DNA from: a virus
Taxonomy: Duplodnaviria > Caudoviricetes
Strand: one strand, 5' to 3'
DNA length: 52,097 nt
Virus record (IMG/VR): IMGVR_UViG_3300049847_000386
Location: 1 to 52,097 of that record
This document shows positions 44,268-52,097 of this stretch, piece by piece. The notes below the pieces were generated by a model that was not told the DNA's origin, made no database searches, and saw only the letters and a list, made by a program, of their open reading frames with translations. The translations under genes and the position numbers were made by a program. Numbering within the stretch: the stretch's first letter is position 1; each line of letters begins with the position of its first letter.

Positions 44268-44699
44268 CTGCATGTCTATGCCCTCCTCGCGCCAGTCGTC
44301 GAGCTTCTTCTGGATGATCCCGTCGTCGATGAATCGAACGTCCTCGCCCTCGTAGTTGATGAACAGCGCGGCCATCTTCAGCACCGCAGGCTGCTGCTTC
44401 TCGCCCACCAGAGTGGAGCCGATGAGCATGTCGCGGAGCAGCACGGCAAGGTCGGCGAACACTGGCTTCCCTGCTGCCACCTGATTGCACATGTCGTAGG
44501 CCTCGCGCAGGCCCTCCATGAACTGGTTGAAGGATCGCGCCATGCCGATCTCCACCGAGAGCAGCTCGTAGGCCTCCCAGCGGTCCATGCTTACGCTCCT
44601 GCTTACGCGGTAGCGCGTGCCGTTCGCCGTGAAGGCTTGAACATCGGGGGCGAGCTCCTTGAGCTGGCGCCCGGGTTTCAGATTCGGTTCTTCAGCCAT
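44142..44699 (-). CDS. Tail assembly chaperone (gpG-like)
   Basis: 185 aa upstream of the tape measure gene; contains CAG TTT TTT TTC. Confidence 0.65.
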   Translation of the reverse strand: MAEEPNLKPGRQLKELAPDVQAFTANGTRYRVSRSVSMDRWEAYELLSVEIGMARSFNQFMEGLREAYDMCNQVAAGKPVFADLAVLLRDMLIGSTLVGEKQQPAVLKMAALFINYEGEDVRFIDDGIIQKKLDDWREEGIDMQFFFGFALRSIPGFFEAYKVASRDTSKPIEPEKKAQGDNTSK

Positions 44700-45007
44700 T
44701 TGTATGCGCCGTTAATGGCGACGGCGAAAAGTACAGCGGAACATCCAGCGAGGATGTGCAGGAGGAAGATGCCATGCACATAGGCGAAGTGCGACCACAG
44801 GGCCAGCTGCCCCGAGGTGCACAGAACGCACCCGCCGATGGGGGATGTGATCCACGACCTCCATCCACCGCGCTCCTGCCATTCGGATGCCCAGCGGAAA
44901 TACCACCGTAGCGGGCTGTCGTCCGGGCCGAAGACCGATACCAAGGCCACCCCGATAATGGCGCAGCAGAAGCCCCAGAACAGGGCAAGGATCAGGCTGG
45001 CGATCAT
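44678..45007 (-). CDS. Small membrane protein with CxxC (DUF1360-like)
   Basis: Hydrophobic segments around PIGGCVLCTSG. Confidence 0.6.
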   Translation of the reverse strand: MIASLILALFWGFCCAIIGVALVSVFGPDDSPLRWYFRWASEWQERGGWRSWITSPIGGCVLCTSGQLALWSHFAYVHGIFLLHILAGCSAVLFAVAINGAYKWLKNRI

Positions 45008-47109
45008 GGGATCGGGGTCGCAATGATGGTGGCGCTCAGAATGGTGACGGTGGCCGATGTCCCGCCGCGGGCTACCCTGAGCTGAAGTGTGCTGGTGCTT
45101 CCAGATGTGAGCACATTGCCCTCCAGCATCGCGAACAGTTCGGTCGTGCCCGTGCTACCTGTTGCAATGGACCCGGCATCATCCGTTGGGATCTGTGCTA
45201 CTACTGTTCCCGTCGATGCCACTGGTTGTGCCCGGTTGAAGTTGCGGGCCGTTGGCGATCCCGTCATGGTCACCGACAAACCAATGCCGGTGGCTGAGGT
45301 TGGGCACGTGTATGTGACAATGGCCTTCACCTGGTATGTGGTGCTGGCGTCCAGCGTCACCGCCGCGCCGGTCAGGTTGGTGTAGGTCGCGCTGTTGAAC
45401 GTGAAGTTAGACACCTTGGCCTGCTTCGCGATTGCCATATACCGAGCATCAGCCTGTGCGATGGTGGGTACGTTCGAGGATCCGGTTCCCGTGCTCACGT
45501 AGGCCGCCGTTCCGAAGGTGCCGCCCGCTGCCGATGTCAGGCTGGATGCCGTCACACCGGAGGCCAGGGCGCTCCCAGTGAGCGTGCCGGCCGGTGCAAC
45601 CACGGCATTCGTGCTTGCCGCCGTTATCAGCCCCTTGCCGTTAACGGTGAAGGACGGGATGGCCGTAGAGGAACCGAAGCTGCCGGTGGTGCTGTTGACC
45701 GTCGCAAGGGTGGCCGCAAAGCTGCCGGTGCCCGACCCGGTAACATCGCCGGTGAGCGTGATGGTCTGGTTGCCCGTGTTCGTACCGGATAGGTTGCTGC
45801 CCGTGACCGTGCCAGTAGCAGCAACGGAAGTCGGCGTGATGGCCCCGAGGGAAAGGGTGATGGCCGGCGTGGTGGTGGCATTATCCACGGTGCCGGATAC
45901 TCCGTTCGCGGTGTTCACCGATACGCTGGTCACCGTTCCCGTATTCGTTGCACTCAGGGTGGCGCCGGACATGGACAACCCGATGCCAAGAGTGATCTCC
46001 TGAGCAGCCCCGGCACCCGCCGCGGAACCGCGACCGATCAATCGGCTTGCGGTCGTGCTGGTGTATTGATCTCCGGTGTTGGTACCGGAGCTGGTGCCAC
46101 TGAATGTGCCGCTCTGCGTGGCCAGGGTTCCCAGGCCTGTGATATCAGTCGTTGGGTGCGTGTGGGCGCTGGGTGCGAAGGTGGACGGAATGCCTGTGAG
46201 CGAAGAATAGGCATGCGTGTGCCCGAGCAAACTCCATCGCGCATCCCCGAGCGAATTGAAATCCGTGATGCCGTACCCTCCAACCGTGGTCGGCTTGCTC
46301 GTGAGTGAGGCGAACGTGTGCGTGTGCGCGGCGGTGGCGTAATCGGTGGATGCAGTGGTTGCCGCGCTGCCAAGGCCAAGATTCGTCCGCGTAGTAGCCG
46401 CCCCGGACCCGAACCATTGCAGGGCACCGCTGTTTGTCACGTTCAGCACAGGTCCAGAACCGTTCTCAAAGGCGCACACATTGCCGGTGCCAGCGATGAA
46501 CTTGCCTGCCGGGTCAATGTCGCCTGCCGCTGCCACCAATGCGATGCCGGGGCCGCTGTAAGCCTGTATTGCGATCCCAGCATCTGATTGGGCATTTATT
46601 GCCACGGTTCCGGGCGTGTCCGAGTAAGCGCTAAGGCCTCCGGCTGCGTTGAACTTGACCACCTTTCCGCCATCGGTTGTGCCATTGCCACCTGTGCTTC
46701 CATCCGTAATGTTTGCGCTCACGTGCGTGTGCCCGAGAAGGCTCCACCTGGCATCGCCAAGCGAATTGAAGTCGGTGATTCCGTAACCAGCCACCGTGGT
46801 GGGCCTGCTGGTCAGACTTGCGAACGTGTGCACGTGGCCGAGCAAGGACCACCGCGCATCGCCAACGGTATTGAAGTCCGTGATGGCGCTGGCCGTGTGC
46901 ACGTGCGATGCGTTGGCGAAGTTGCTCTGTGCAAGCAGCGTGAAGACCCCGGAGCCGTTGATCGAATACAGGCTGCTGTTCACCTTCGTCACGTAGCTCT
47001 TCGAATCCAGAAGGCCGCTCCCTTTGAAGAACAGGGCAGGGTCGCCCGGGGATTGCGATCGGGCGATGAAGGACAGGCCAATCAGAAGGATGGGGAGTAA
47101 GCGTTTCAT
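45004..47109 (-). CDS. Tail fibre-like protein with N-terminal signal peptide
   Basis: HxH fibre repeats (HTHTFASLTSKPTT..GYGITD), Thr/Gly/Ser-rich shaft, MKRLLPILLIGLSFIARSQ leader. Confidence 0.7.
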   Translation of the reverse strand: MKRLLPILLIGLSFIARSQSPGDPALFFKGSGLLDSKSYVTKVNSSLYSINGSGVFTLLAQSNFANASHVHTASAITDFNTVGDARWSLLGHVHTFASLTSRPTTVAGYGITDFNSLGDARWSLLGHTHVSANITDGSTGGNGTTDGGKVVKFNAAGGLSAYSDTPGTVAINAQSDAGIAIQAYSGPGIALVAAAGDIDPAGKFIAGTGNVCAFENGSGPVLNVTNSGALQWFGSGAATTRTNLGLGSAATTASTDYATAAHTHTFASLTSKPTTVGGYGITDFNSLGDARWSLLGHTHAYSSLTGIPSTFAPSAHTHPTTDITGLGTLATQSGTFSGTSSGTNTGDQYTSTTASRLIGRGSAAGAGAAQEITLGIGLSMSGATLSATNTGTVTSVSVNTANGVSGTVDNATTTPAITLSLGAITPTSVAATGTVTGSNLSGTNTGNQTITLTGDVTGSGTGSFAATLATVNSTTGSFGSSTAIPSFTVNGKGLITAASTNAVVAPAGTLTGSALASGVTASSLTSAAGGTFGTAAYVSTGTGSSNVPTIAQADARYMAIAKQAKVSNFTFNSATYTNLTGAAVTLDASTTYQVKAIVTYTCPTSATGIGLSVTMTGSPTARNFNRAQPVASTGTVVAQIPTDDAGSIATGSTGTTELFAMLEGNVLTSGSTSTLQLRVARGGTSATVTILSATIIATPIP

Positions 47110-48413
47110 TCGTTGATCTGGATTTTAGCAAGGGTGCCGTCTTCGAGCGTGGTGGTCAGCACACCGTCCATGTTGTCCCGCACTGGCAACAGGAAGATGC
47201 GCCCGGTGTCCACAATTTTGTCCACCGTTTCCCCGGTGCCAGGGTACATGCGGCCACTGTCGAGGATGTGCACCATCTGCTGCGTGTTGGCAATGGTCGT
47301 GCTATCCGCAAGGGCTGCGGCGCGGTCTGTGTAGGGAAGGATGGTCGGCATGATGGTGTAGGAATCGCCGTCGTTTACATGGGCCAGGAGCGTGGTGCCG
47401 TCGAAGTCGAATATGTCCACCCCCACGCATGGAGGCGGGCATAACGTGGCCACGAACGGCGTCATTGCAGGAAGCGTCAATGTGGAACCGTCACTATCCG
47501 TGTGGTCCACGTCGGGGAGGTTCAGCGTGCCGCCCGAAAGCACGTACTGGTCATACGTTGAATCGCTGTTCAGTACGTGCCCTGCCAAGCACTCGGGGCA
47601 TTCTGGGCAGATGGGGCAATCGCTGGGAACATCGATGGTGCCCCCGCTGGCCACCGTGCCGTATGGAAGGCCGTCGCGCAGCACATTGGCATCCGCGCAG
47701 GGCCCTCCGGGATCGCAGTCCAGGCAGTCCAGCTTCTGCTGAAGGGTGAGGCCGTTCGTGGGATCGTTCAGCTCCTCGCAGGAGAACTCCCGTGGGTGGC
47801 GACGGCGGTAGGTGCTGGGTGGGGTCCAGCAGGTCACGTCCGATCCGCTCACCACAGGCTCGCAGCCGGGCCGGATACGGAACTCGGTGGCGATATCGAT
47901 GGCGAAGGCGTCGAAGGGCCACAGGAGGTACTGGCGGGCCGCGTCGGGGAAGGTGTAGGCCGCGAAGATGCTCGGTCCCTTGCTGGCCACCCCGGACAGG
48001 CGGTGGCGGATCCCGATGAAGGGGTCGAGGTTGTAGGGGCCGGAATTCAGCACGCCCAGGAACTGCTGCAACACCGCGTCGGCCGCATTGGCATCCCCGC
48101 CCAGCTTCGCCGTGTTCACCCAGCAGACCAAGCGTAGGTTGCTGGTCCAAGACTGCCCCCGTGTCCGGCTCACCACCGGCACCAGGCCCCGGTCCTCGAA
48201 GAAGACGATGCACTTGTAGCGCTCGTCGGGCACCAGGTCCAGCAGCTCGTTGTCGCCGCACTGGAGCGGGTCCTCCACGCCGCTGCCGACCGGGATAGTG
48301 ATCCGACCACCCTGCCGCTCAAAGCTGACCGCGCGAACAATCCCGCCCAACTTCTCCACGTAGGAGAACTGTTGGATCCGGAGCTTCAGTAGTTCGGCGA
48401 TCGATGCGTTCAT
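47106..48413 (-). CDS. Tail terminator/completion-like protein with Cys/Pro-rich C-terminal extension
   Basis: Position after the neck gene; extension contains CPICPECPEC and a repeated SGGT(I/L) motif. Confidence 0.5.
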   Translation of the reverse strand: MNASIAELLKLRIQQFSYVEKLGGIVRAVSFERQGGRITIPVGSGVEDPLQCGDNELLDLVPDERYKCIVFFEDRGLVPVVSRTRGQSWTSNLRLVCWVNTAKLGGDANAADAVLQQFLGVLNSGPYNLDPFIGIRHRLSGVASKGPSIFAAYTFPDAARQYLLWPFDAFAIDIATEFRIRPGCEPVVSGSDVTCWTPPSTYRRRHPREFSCEELNDPTNGLTLQQKLDCLDCDPGGPCADANVLRDGLPYGTVASGGTIDVPSDCPICPECPECLAGHVLNSDSTYDQYVLSGGTLNLPDVDHTDSDGSTLTLPAMTPFVATLCPPPCVGVDIFDFDGTTLLAHVNDGDSYTIMPTILPYTDRAAALADSTTIANTQQMVHILDSGRMYPGTGETVDKIVDTGRIFLLPVRDNMDGVLTTTLEDGTLAKIQINE

Positions 48414-48417
48414 TGGG

Positions 48418-48954
48418 TTAAGACTGAAGCTCTTTCTGCGCCCAATCGGTCATGCGCTCCTTGAGGCCTTTGGCGAGCGTGTCCTTCTCCTCCTTCGAAA
48501 GCCGGGTCCAGCCGGGGCGGTATTCGGCGTTGCCCGCCATCTTGTCCCGAGTCTCCTGGTCCCGACCGCCCACCCGGACAACGTAGGCGTTGCCCTTGAA
48601 GCCAGCCTCCACGATGCCGATGGAATTGAGCATCTGGCCAGACAGGGTGAAGTCCACGATGCCCCGGTAGCGGCCCACCGGAGCCCCGGGGCTGGCCGCC
48701 TTGGTCTTGCGCTCGGCCTTCTTCTTGGCCCCCTCCTTCTTCGCCTTCTGGCCGATGGCGCCCCGCTTGAAGCGCTCGTAGATCGGCGTGTACGGGGTGA
48801 ACGCCCTGCCGTCCGCATCCTTCCCCGTCTCGCTCACCCGGCGCTGCACAAGGGAGTATCCCGTGGTGGCAACCGTCTCCATTTCGGAGGCGATCTTCAC
48901 CCGGGCACCCTCGGCCAGCTTGCCGATGCGCGTGGAAAGGTCGTCGAGGTTCAT
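48418..48954 (-). CDS. Neck / tail completion (virion morphogenesis-like) protein
   Basis: Basic protein with FTPYTPIY...VDFTLSGQMLNSI. Confidence 0.65.
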   Translation of the reverse strand: MNLDDLSTRIGKLAEGARVKIASEMETVATTGYSLVQRRVSETGKDADGRAFTPYTPIYERFKRGAIGQKAKKEGAKKKAERKTKAASPGAPVGRYRGIVDFTLSGQMLNSIGIVEAGFKGNAYVVRVGGRDQETRDKMAGNAEYRPGWTRLSKEEKDTLAKGLKERMTDWAQKELQS

Positions 48955-48988
48955 CTTAGCGGGTGGACGTGGTGCTCATGGGGATGCC

Positions 48989-49222
48989 TTAAGCGGTCAG
49001 ATTGCCGCTTGCAATACGGGCGACATACACTGCCTCGTTGATGGCTTGGTCGATGGTGTTCAGCTTGCGCTGGATGGTTGCGCCCTCTTCGCCGCCAAGT
49101 TTTCGCGCTTGGTCGTAGAGGGTCATCTTCGCATTGCGAAGGCGCTCAAGTCCAGCATCGATATCGTTTGCCAGTCGAGCCCTTGGGTCGACCGCCTTCC
49201 CTCCTGTGAATTTAAGTGCCAT
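48989..49222 (-). CDS. Small helical protein, MALxFxGGxA family
   Basis: Begins MALKFTGGKA. Confidence 0.75.
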   Translation of the reverse strand: MALKFTGGKAVDPRARLANDIDAGLERLRNAKMTLYDQARKLGGEEGATIQRKLNTIDQAINEAVYVARIASGNLTA

Positions 49223-49223
49223 G

Positions 49224-50372
49224 TTATCCTCGGATTGTGCCCGTGCTCAGCCCCCAAGTGTCCTTGCACATGAGGCAGTCGCCGTAGCGGTTTATGTTCT
49301 CGGGAAGCGCCAGCGTGGGGCACAGGTAGTCCACCACGCGAGCCTGGTATTCCTTTTCGAAGTCCGCCACCATCTTCTCCAGCACATCGCCGGCCGTCAT
49401 GGTGTAGCGGTTGATGTTCGTGCTGGCCAGCAGGCTCCGCAGCAGGTTCGCACCCGCCTTGAAGCGCACCGCGTGGGCCATCACCTTCTGCACGTTGTCC
49501 GTGGTGTAGTTCGGAACGTCCGGGCAGAACGTGGTGGTCTGGTCGCAGTCGAATTCCACGTGCAGCAGGATGCCGTCCGTGGTGTTCTTGGTGGCCCAGC
49601 TGTCCCGGGTCTCCAAGGTGGTGCCCTGCGTTCCCGCAGCCATGGCCCACTCGGTCCAGACCTTGCCGCCCTTCTGCTGGTGGCTCATGTACTGCGGACG
49701 TTCAAGGCTCCAGTACGGGGCGATCCCGCCGCACCCGCAGTCGATCAGGGTGTTCATGGCCCGCAGCCCGTCCGTGGGTGCGAAGACGAACCAGTAGCGC
49801 GGGTTCTCCGTGCCCAGGTGCTCCATGGACAGCTCGATCGCCTCGGGCAGGATGGTCCAGTTCGGGCGGTTGGCCTCGTGGGTCAGCACCGTCCCGTAGA
49901 TGGGGTCCGTGCCGTATCGGTCGTACACCTGAAGCGTGATGTTGCCAGCGGTCTTGAAGGCCGTGCCGATGCCCTTCACCCGGCAGATGCCTCCGCGGAT
50001 CTTCGCCAGCTGCACGGTGATTCCGTGGTAGGGCTTGCGCAGGGTGGTGCTGTCTGCAGTGGACTTCTTGTCGTCGCCGATGTAGGCCTGCCCGGACTGG
50101 CGGCGCACCGAGGCCTTGTCGCCCAGACAGCCCATCAGGTCGGCCTTCAGGTCCTCCACCGCGTTCTCCCGGGCGCGCTCGAGCATCGTCCACAGGCTCC
50201 CCTCCCCGCAGTCCCGCTTGGCATCCGCCATGCGCAGGGTCAGCCCCGGAAGCTCGTCCAGATAGATCCCGCTGGCGGAAGTCCCGGCGTCAACGGGGCG
50301 GTCCTCAACGCACTCGCAGTCGGTGCGCGAAAGGCCGACGATGTTCTCGAAGCAGGTGGAGGTGGTGCTCAT
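49224..50372 (-). CDS. Putative head-tail adaptor with large insertion domain
   Basis: 382 aa, Cys-rich; first large gene after the MCP. Confidence 0.55.
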   Translation of the reverse strand: MSTTSTCFENIVGLSRTDCECVEDRPVDAGTSASGIYLDELPGLTLRMADAKRDCGEGSLWTMLERARENAVEDLKADLMGCLGDKASVRRQSGQAYIGDDKKSTADSTTLRKPYHGITVQLAKIRGGICRVKGIGTAFKTAGNITLQVYDRYGTDPIYGTVLTHEANRPNWTILPEAIELSMEHLGTENPRYWFVFAPTDGLRAMNTLIDCGCGGIAPYWSLERPQYMSHQQKGGKVWTEWAMAAGTQGTTLETRDSWATKNTTDGILLHVEFDCDQTTTFCPDVPNYTTDNVQKVMAHAVRFKAGANLLRSLLASTNINRYTMTAGDVLEKMVADFEKEYQARVVDYLCPTLALPENINRYGDCLMCKDTWGLSTGTIRG

Positions 50373-50381
50373 GGGTCTGCC

Positions 50382-50687
50382 TTAGTATGAATCCCAGACG
50401 TACTTCTGGCTCAACTTATCATTGAAGACCTTATAAGCAGTCTTGAGCTGGTTGAATGCCGCCTTCACGTCTGGCGAGAGTGCAGCAACGTTGTCCTCGG
50501 CTCCGTAGACCTTGTCGCCCAATTCCAAGATGGCGTGGCGCAGATCTCCCGCGCTGTCAGGTACCGGAATGCGGCCGCGGATCTTGCTCTTGGCCCAATC
50601 GGGAACCTCGGCCCATTGGGCAGCCGTCCAGCCCGTGGGCGGTCCTCCGACAGTTGCAGCCTTCCCTCCTGTGAATTTTAGTGCCAT
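50382..50687 (-). CDS. Small protein, MALxFxGGxA family
   Basis: Begins MALKFTGGKA. Confidence 0.75.
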   Translation of the reverse strand: MALKFTGGKAATVGGPPTGWTAAQWAEVPDWAKSKIRGRIPVPDSAGDLRHAILELGDKVYGAEDNVAALSPDVKAAFNQLKTAYKVFNDKLSQKYVWDSY

Positions 50688-50702
50688 GGTTCAGTTGTGG
50701 TG

Positions 50703-50987
50703 TTATTGCTTAACGATGTTGCCAGAGTATTGGGCGCGGTTCAGCGCTTGCCGAGCATCCTGAATGGCCTTCTGCACAGCCTCGGCCTTCGTGGGATTGT
50801 ACTCGCCCGGCTTGGCAGATTGCATCAGCTCAGAGAGTGCTTGAGAGGCGCCTTCCAAGTCGCCCGAATCAAGCGCAGCCTTCAGCCGCGCCTCGCGCTG
50901 GCGCAGCCATTGTAAGCGTGCAACGGTGTCCTTAGCGAGTGGCTGCATCCGTGGGAATGCGCTTCCGCCTTTGAATGTAAGTGCCAT
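50703..50987 (-). CDS. Small helical protein, MALxFxGGxA family
   Basis: Begins MALTFKGGSA. Confidence 0.75.
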   Translation of the reverse strand: MALTFKGGSAFPRMQPLAKDTVARLQWLRQREARLKAALDSGDLEGASQALSELMQSAKPGEYNPTKAEAVQKAIQDARQALNRAQYSGNIVKQ

Positions 50988-51057
50988 GGTTTCTGGGGTG
51001 CTTGTTCGGGGGCTAAGGACGATGGTTAATCGTCAACATGCAAGTGACGCCCGGAGC

Positions 51058-51065
51058 CAAATGTA
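51058..51065 (-). promoter_or_regulatory. Bacteroidota -7 promoter element TACATTTG
   Basis: Perfect TAnnTTTG just past the MCP terminator and upstream of the MALxF genes. Confidence 0.6.
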
Positions 51066-51072
51066 ACGGCCC

Positions 51073-51109
51073 CGAACGAAGAGGGGCCAGGCGTAATGCC
51101 CAGCCCCTC
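51073..51109 (-). terminator. Terminator hairpin after the MCP gene
   Basis: GAGGGGCTGGGC-ATTAC-GCCTGGCCCCTC followed by TTCGTTCG. Confidence 0.6.
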
Positions 51110-51141
51110 CACCTTGTAACGATTCGTTCAGCACAGATCCC

Positions 51142-52097
51142 TTACGGGGCGATGCCGCAGACGAACTGCAGCACGCCCGTCAGGTCGTCGTCGCAGCCGG
51201 TCGGGTTCTGGAAGATCCCGCCGCGCGAAGCGATGGCGTAGCTGTGCTTGATGTCGTTGGCGATGCACTGCTCCTGCACGTACAGGTCGTACACCACGCC
51301 CGGCAGGTTCCGGCTCTCGATGGTGCTCAACAGCAGGCCGTTCTTCTTGATCTCGCGGCCCTCGGGACCGTAGATGCTGTGGCGCGCCTTGGTCGCCATG
51401 GCCAGCGTGTTCACGTTGAACAGGAACGCCGACTTGTTGCCCAGGGTCGCGTCCATCTTCCGGTAGAAGTACGGAACGCCGAACGCCGTCATCTTGGCCA
51501 CCTCGGCCTCGCCGCTCGGGTTCGTCGTCTCCATGCCCACCTTCCACATGTGCTGCTTCAGCAGGGTGCCGCTGATCATGCGCGACATGCCCAGCTTGTT
51601 CATCCACAGCGCCGTGTCGAAGTACCCGAACACATCGCTGTTCCACGCGGGTGCGGGGATGTAGGTCTTGTTGCCCACCACGGTGTACTGGCCGGCGTAC
51701 TTGTTCACGCCAGCGGCGAGCTGCATGGCCGTCAGGGCCTTCGCGGCCCAGAACTCGTCCATCAGCTTCAGCTTCTTCAGCATGATGGTCGCCACGTACT
51801 TCTCATACGTCAGGCTGCTGGTGCGGAACTTCTCCTCGGTCACCGAGAAGCGCTTGTCGAAGCACTCGGTCAGGGCGTAGTGCGCGGCCAGCGTTCCGGC
51901 CTCGGGGCCGTCGATGTCGCACAGGTCGCCGCAGTCCGTGGGCTCCTCGTCGTCGCAGTCCTCCACCCAATGGACCATCAGCTCGCGGTCCTTGTCGGGT
52001 TGCTCGAGGACCTCGAGGCGGGCGGTCTGGTTCTGGAGGATCGCCAGCGCCGGTTCCACGTCGGCCGTGTATTCGGCCTCGCGCGATCCGGTGTCGA
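51142..52097 (-). CDS. Major capsid protein, 3' part (start at 203 across the circular junction)
   Basis: 343 aa in total, strong codon bias, after the scaffold gene and before a terminator. Confidence 0.75.
   Translation of the reverse strand, partial: DTGSREAEYTADVEPALAILQNQTARLEVLEQPDKDRELMVHWVEDCDDEEPTDCGDLCDIDGPEAGTLAAHYALTECFDKRFSVTEEKFRTSSLTYEKYVATIMLKKLKLMDEFWAAKALTAMQLAAGVNKYAGQYTVVGNKTYIPAPAWNSDVFGYFDTALWMNKLGMSRMISGTLLKQHMWKVGMETTNPSGEAEVAKMTAFGVPYFYRKMDATLGNKSAFLFNVNTLAMATKARHSIYGPEGREIKKNGLLLSTIESRNLPGVVYDLYVQEQCIANDIKHSYAIASRGGIFQNPTGCDDDLTGVLQFVCGIAP
51971..52097. repeat. Terminal direct repeat (copy 2)
   Basis: Identical to 1-127. Confidence 0.95.

Noticed and set aside
46210-46905. 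Diversity-generating retroelement template/variable repeat pair
   Set aside because: The repeats are in-frame fibre repeats differing mostly at synonymous sites, and no reverse transcriptase is present.
1-52097. Many long plus-strand ORFs (e.g. 4647..5780, 15892..17028, 20031..21212, 49134..50390)
   Set aside because: They are antisense shadows of high-GC minus-strand genes with no recognisable motifs.

Overview
This window looks like a complete, circularly permuted dsDNA tailed-phage genome of about 51,970 bp. Bases 1-127 are repeated exactly at 51971-52097, and the major capsid gene runs across that junction. Essentially all credible genes are on the minus strand. Bacteroidota-type TAnnTTTG promoters and a Bacteroidota-style lipoprotein suggest a high-GC Bacteroidota host (inference). 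Modules are: packaging and head (TerS, TerL, portal, minor head, scaffold, MCP); neck and tail (adaptor, neck, fibre, chaperone with a -1 slippery site, tape measure, tail tube); lysis (M15 peptidase, holin- and spanin-like genes); an early recombination/replication block (RecT, YqaJ exonuclease, initiator with iterons, NinG, NinB, SF2 helicase); three DNA methyltransferases; and a four-gene glycosyltransferase cluster. I recognised no integrase. The most unusual features are: (1) an AT-rich two-unit array with the geometry of integron gene cassettes and attC-like hairpins, plus a third isolated attC-like hairpin; (2) four otherwise dissimilar small proteins sharing an N-terminal MALxFxGGxA tag, reminiscent of T4 capsid-targeted internal proteins; (3) a C5 methyltransferase encoded in two overlapping frames, the second ending in an HNH domain; (4) a possible virion-glycosylation cluster. 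All product calls come from motif recognition and gene order; no database searches were run.
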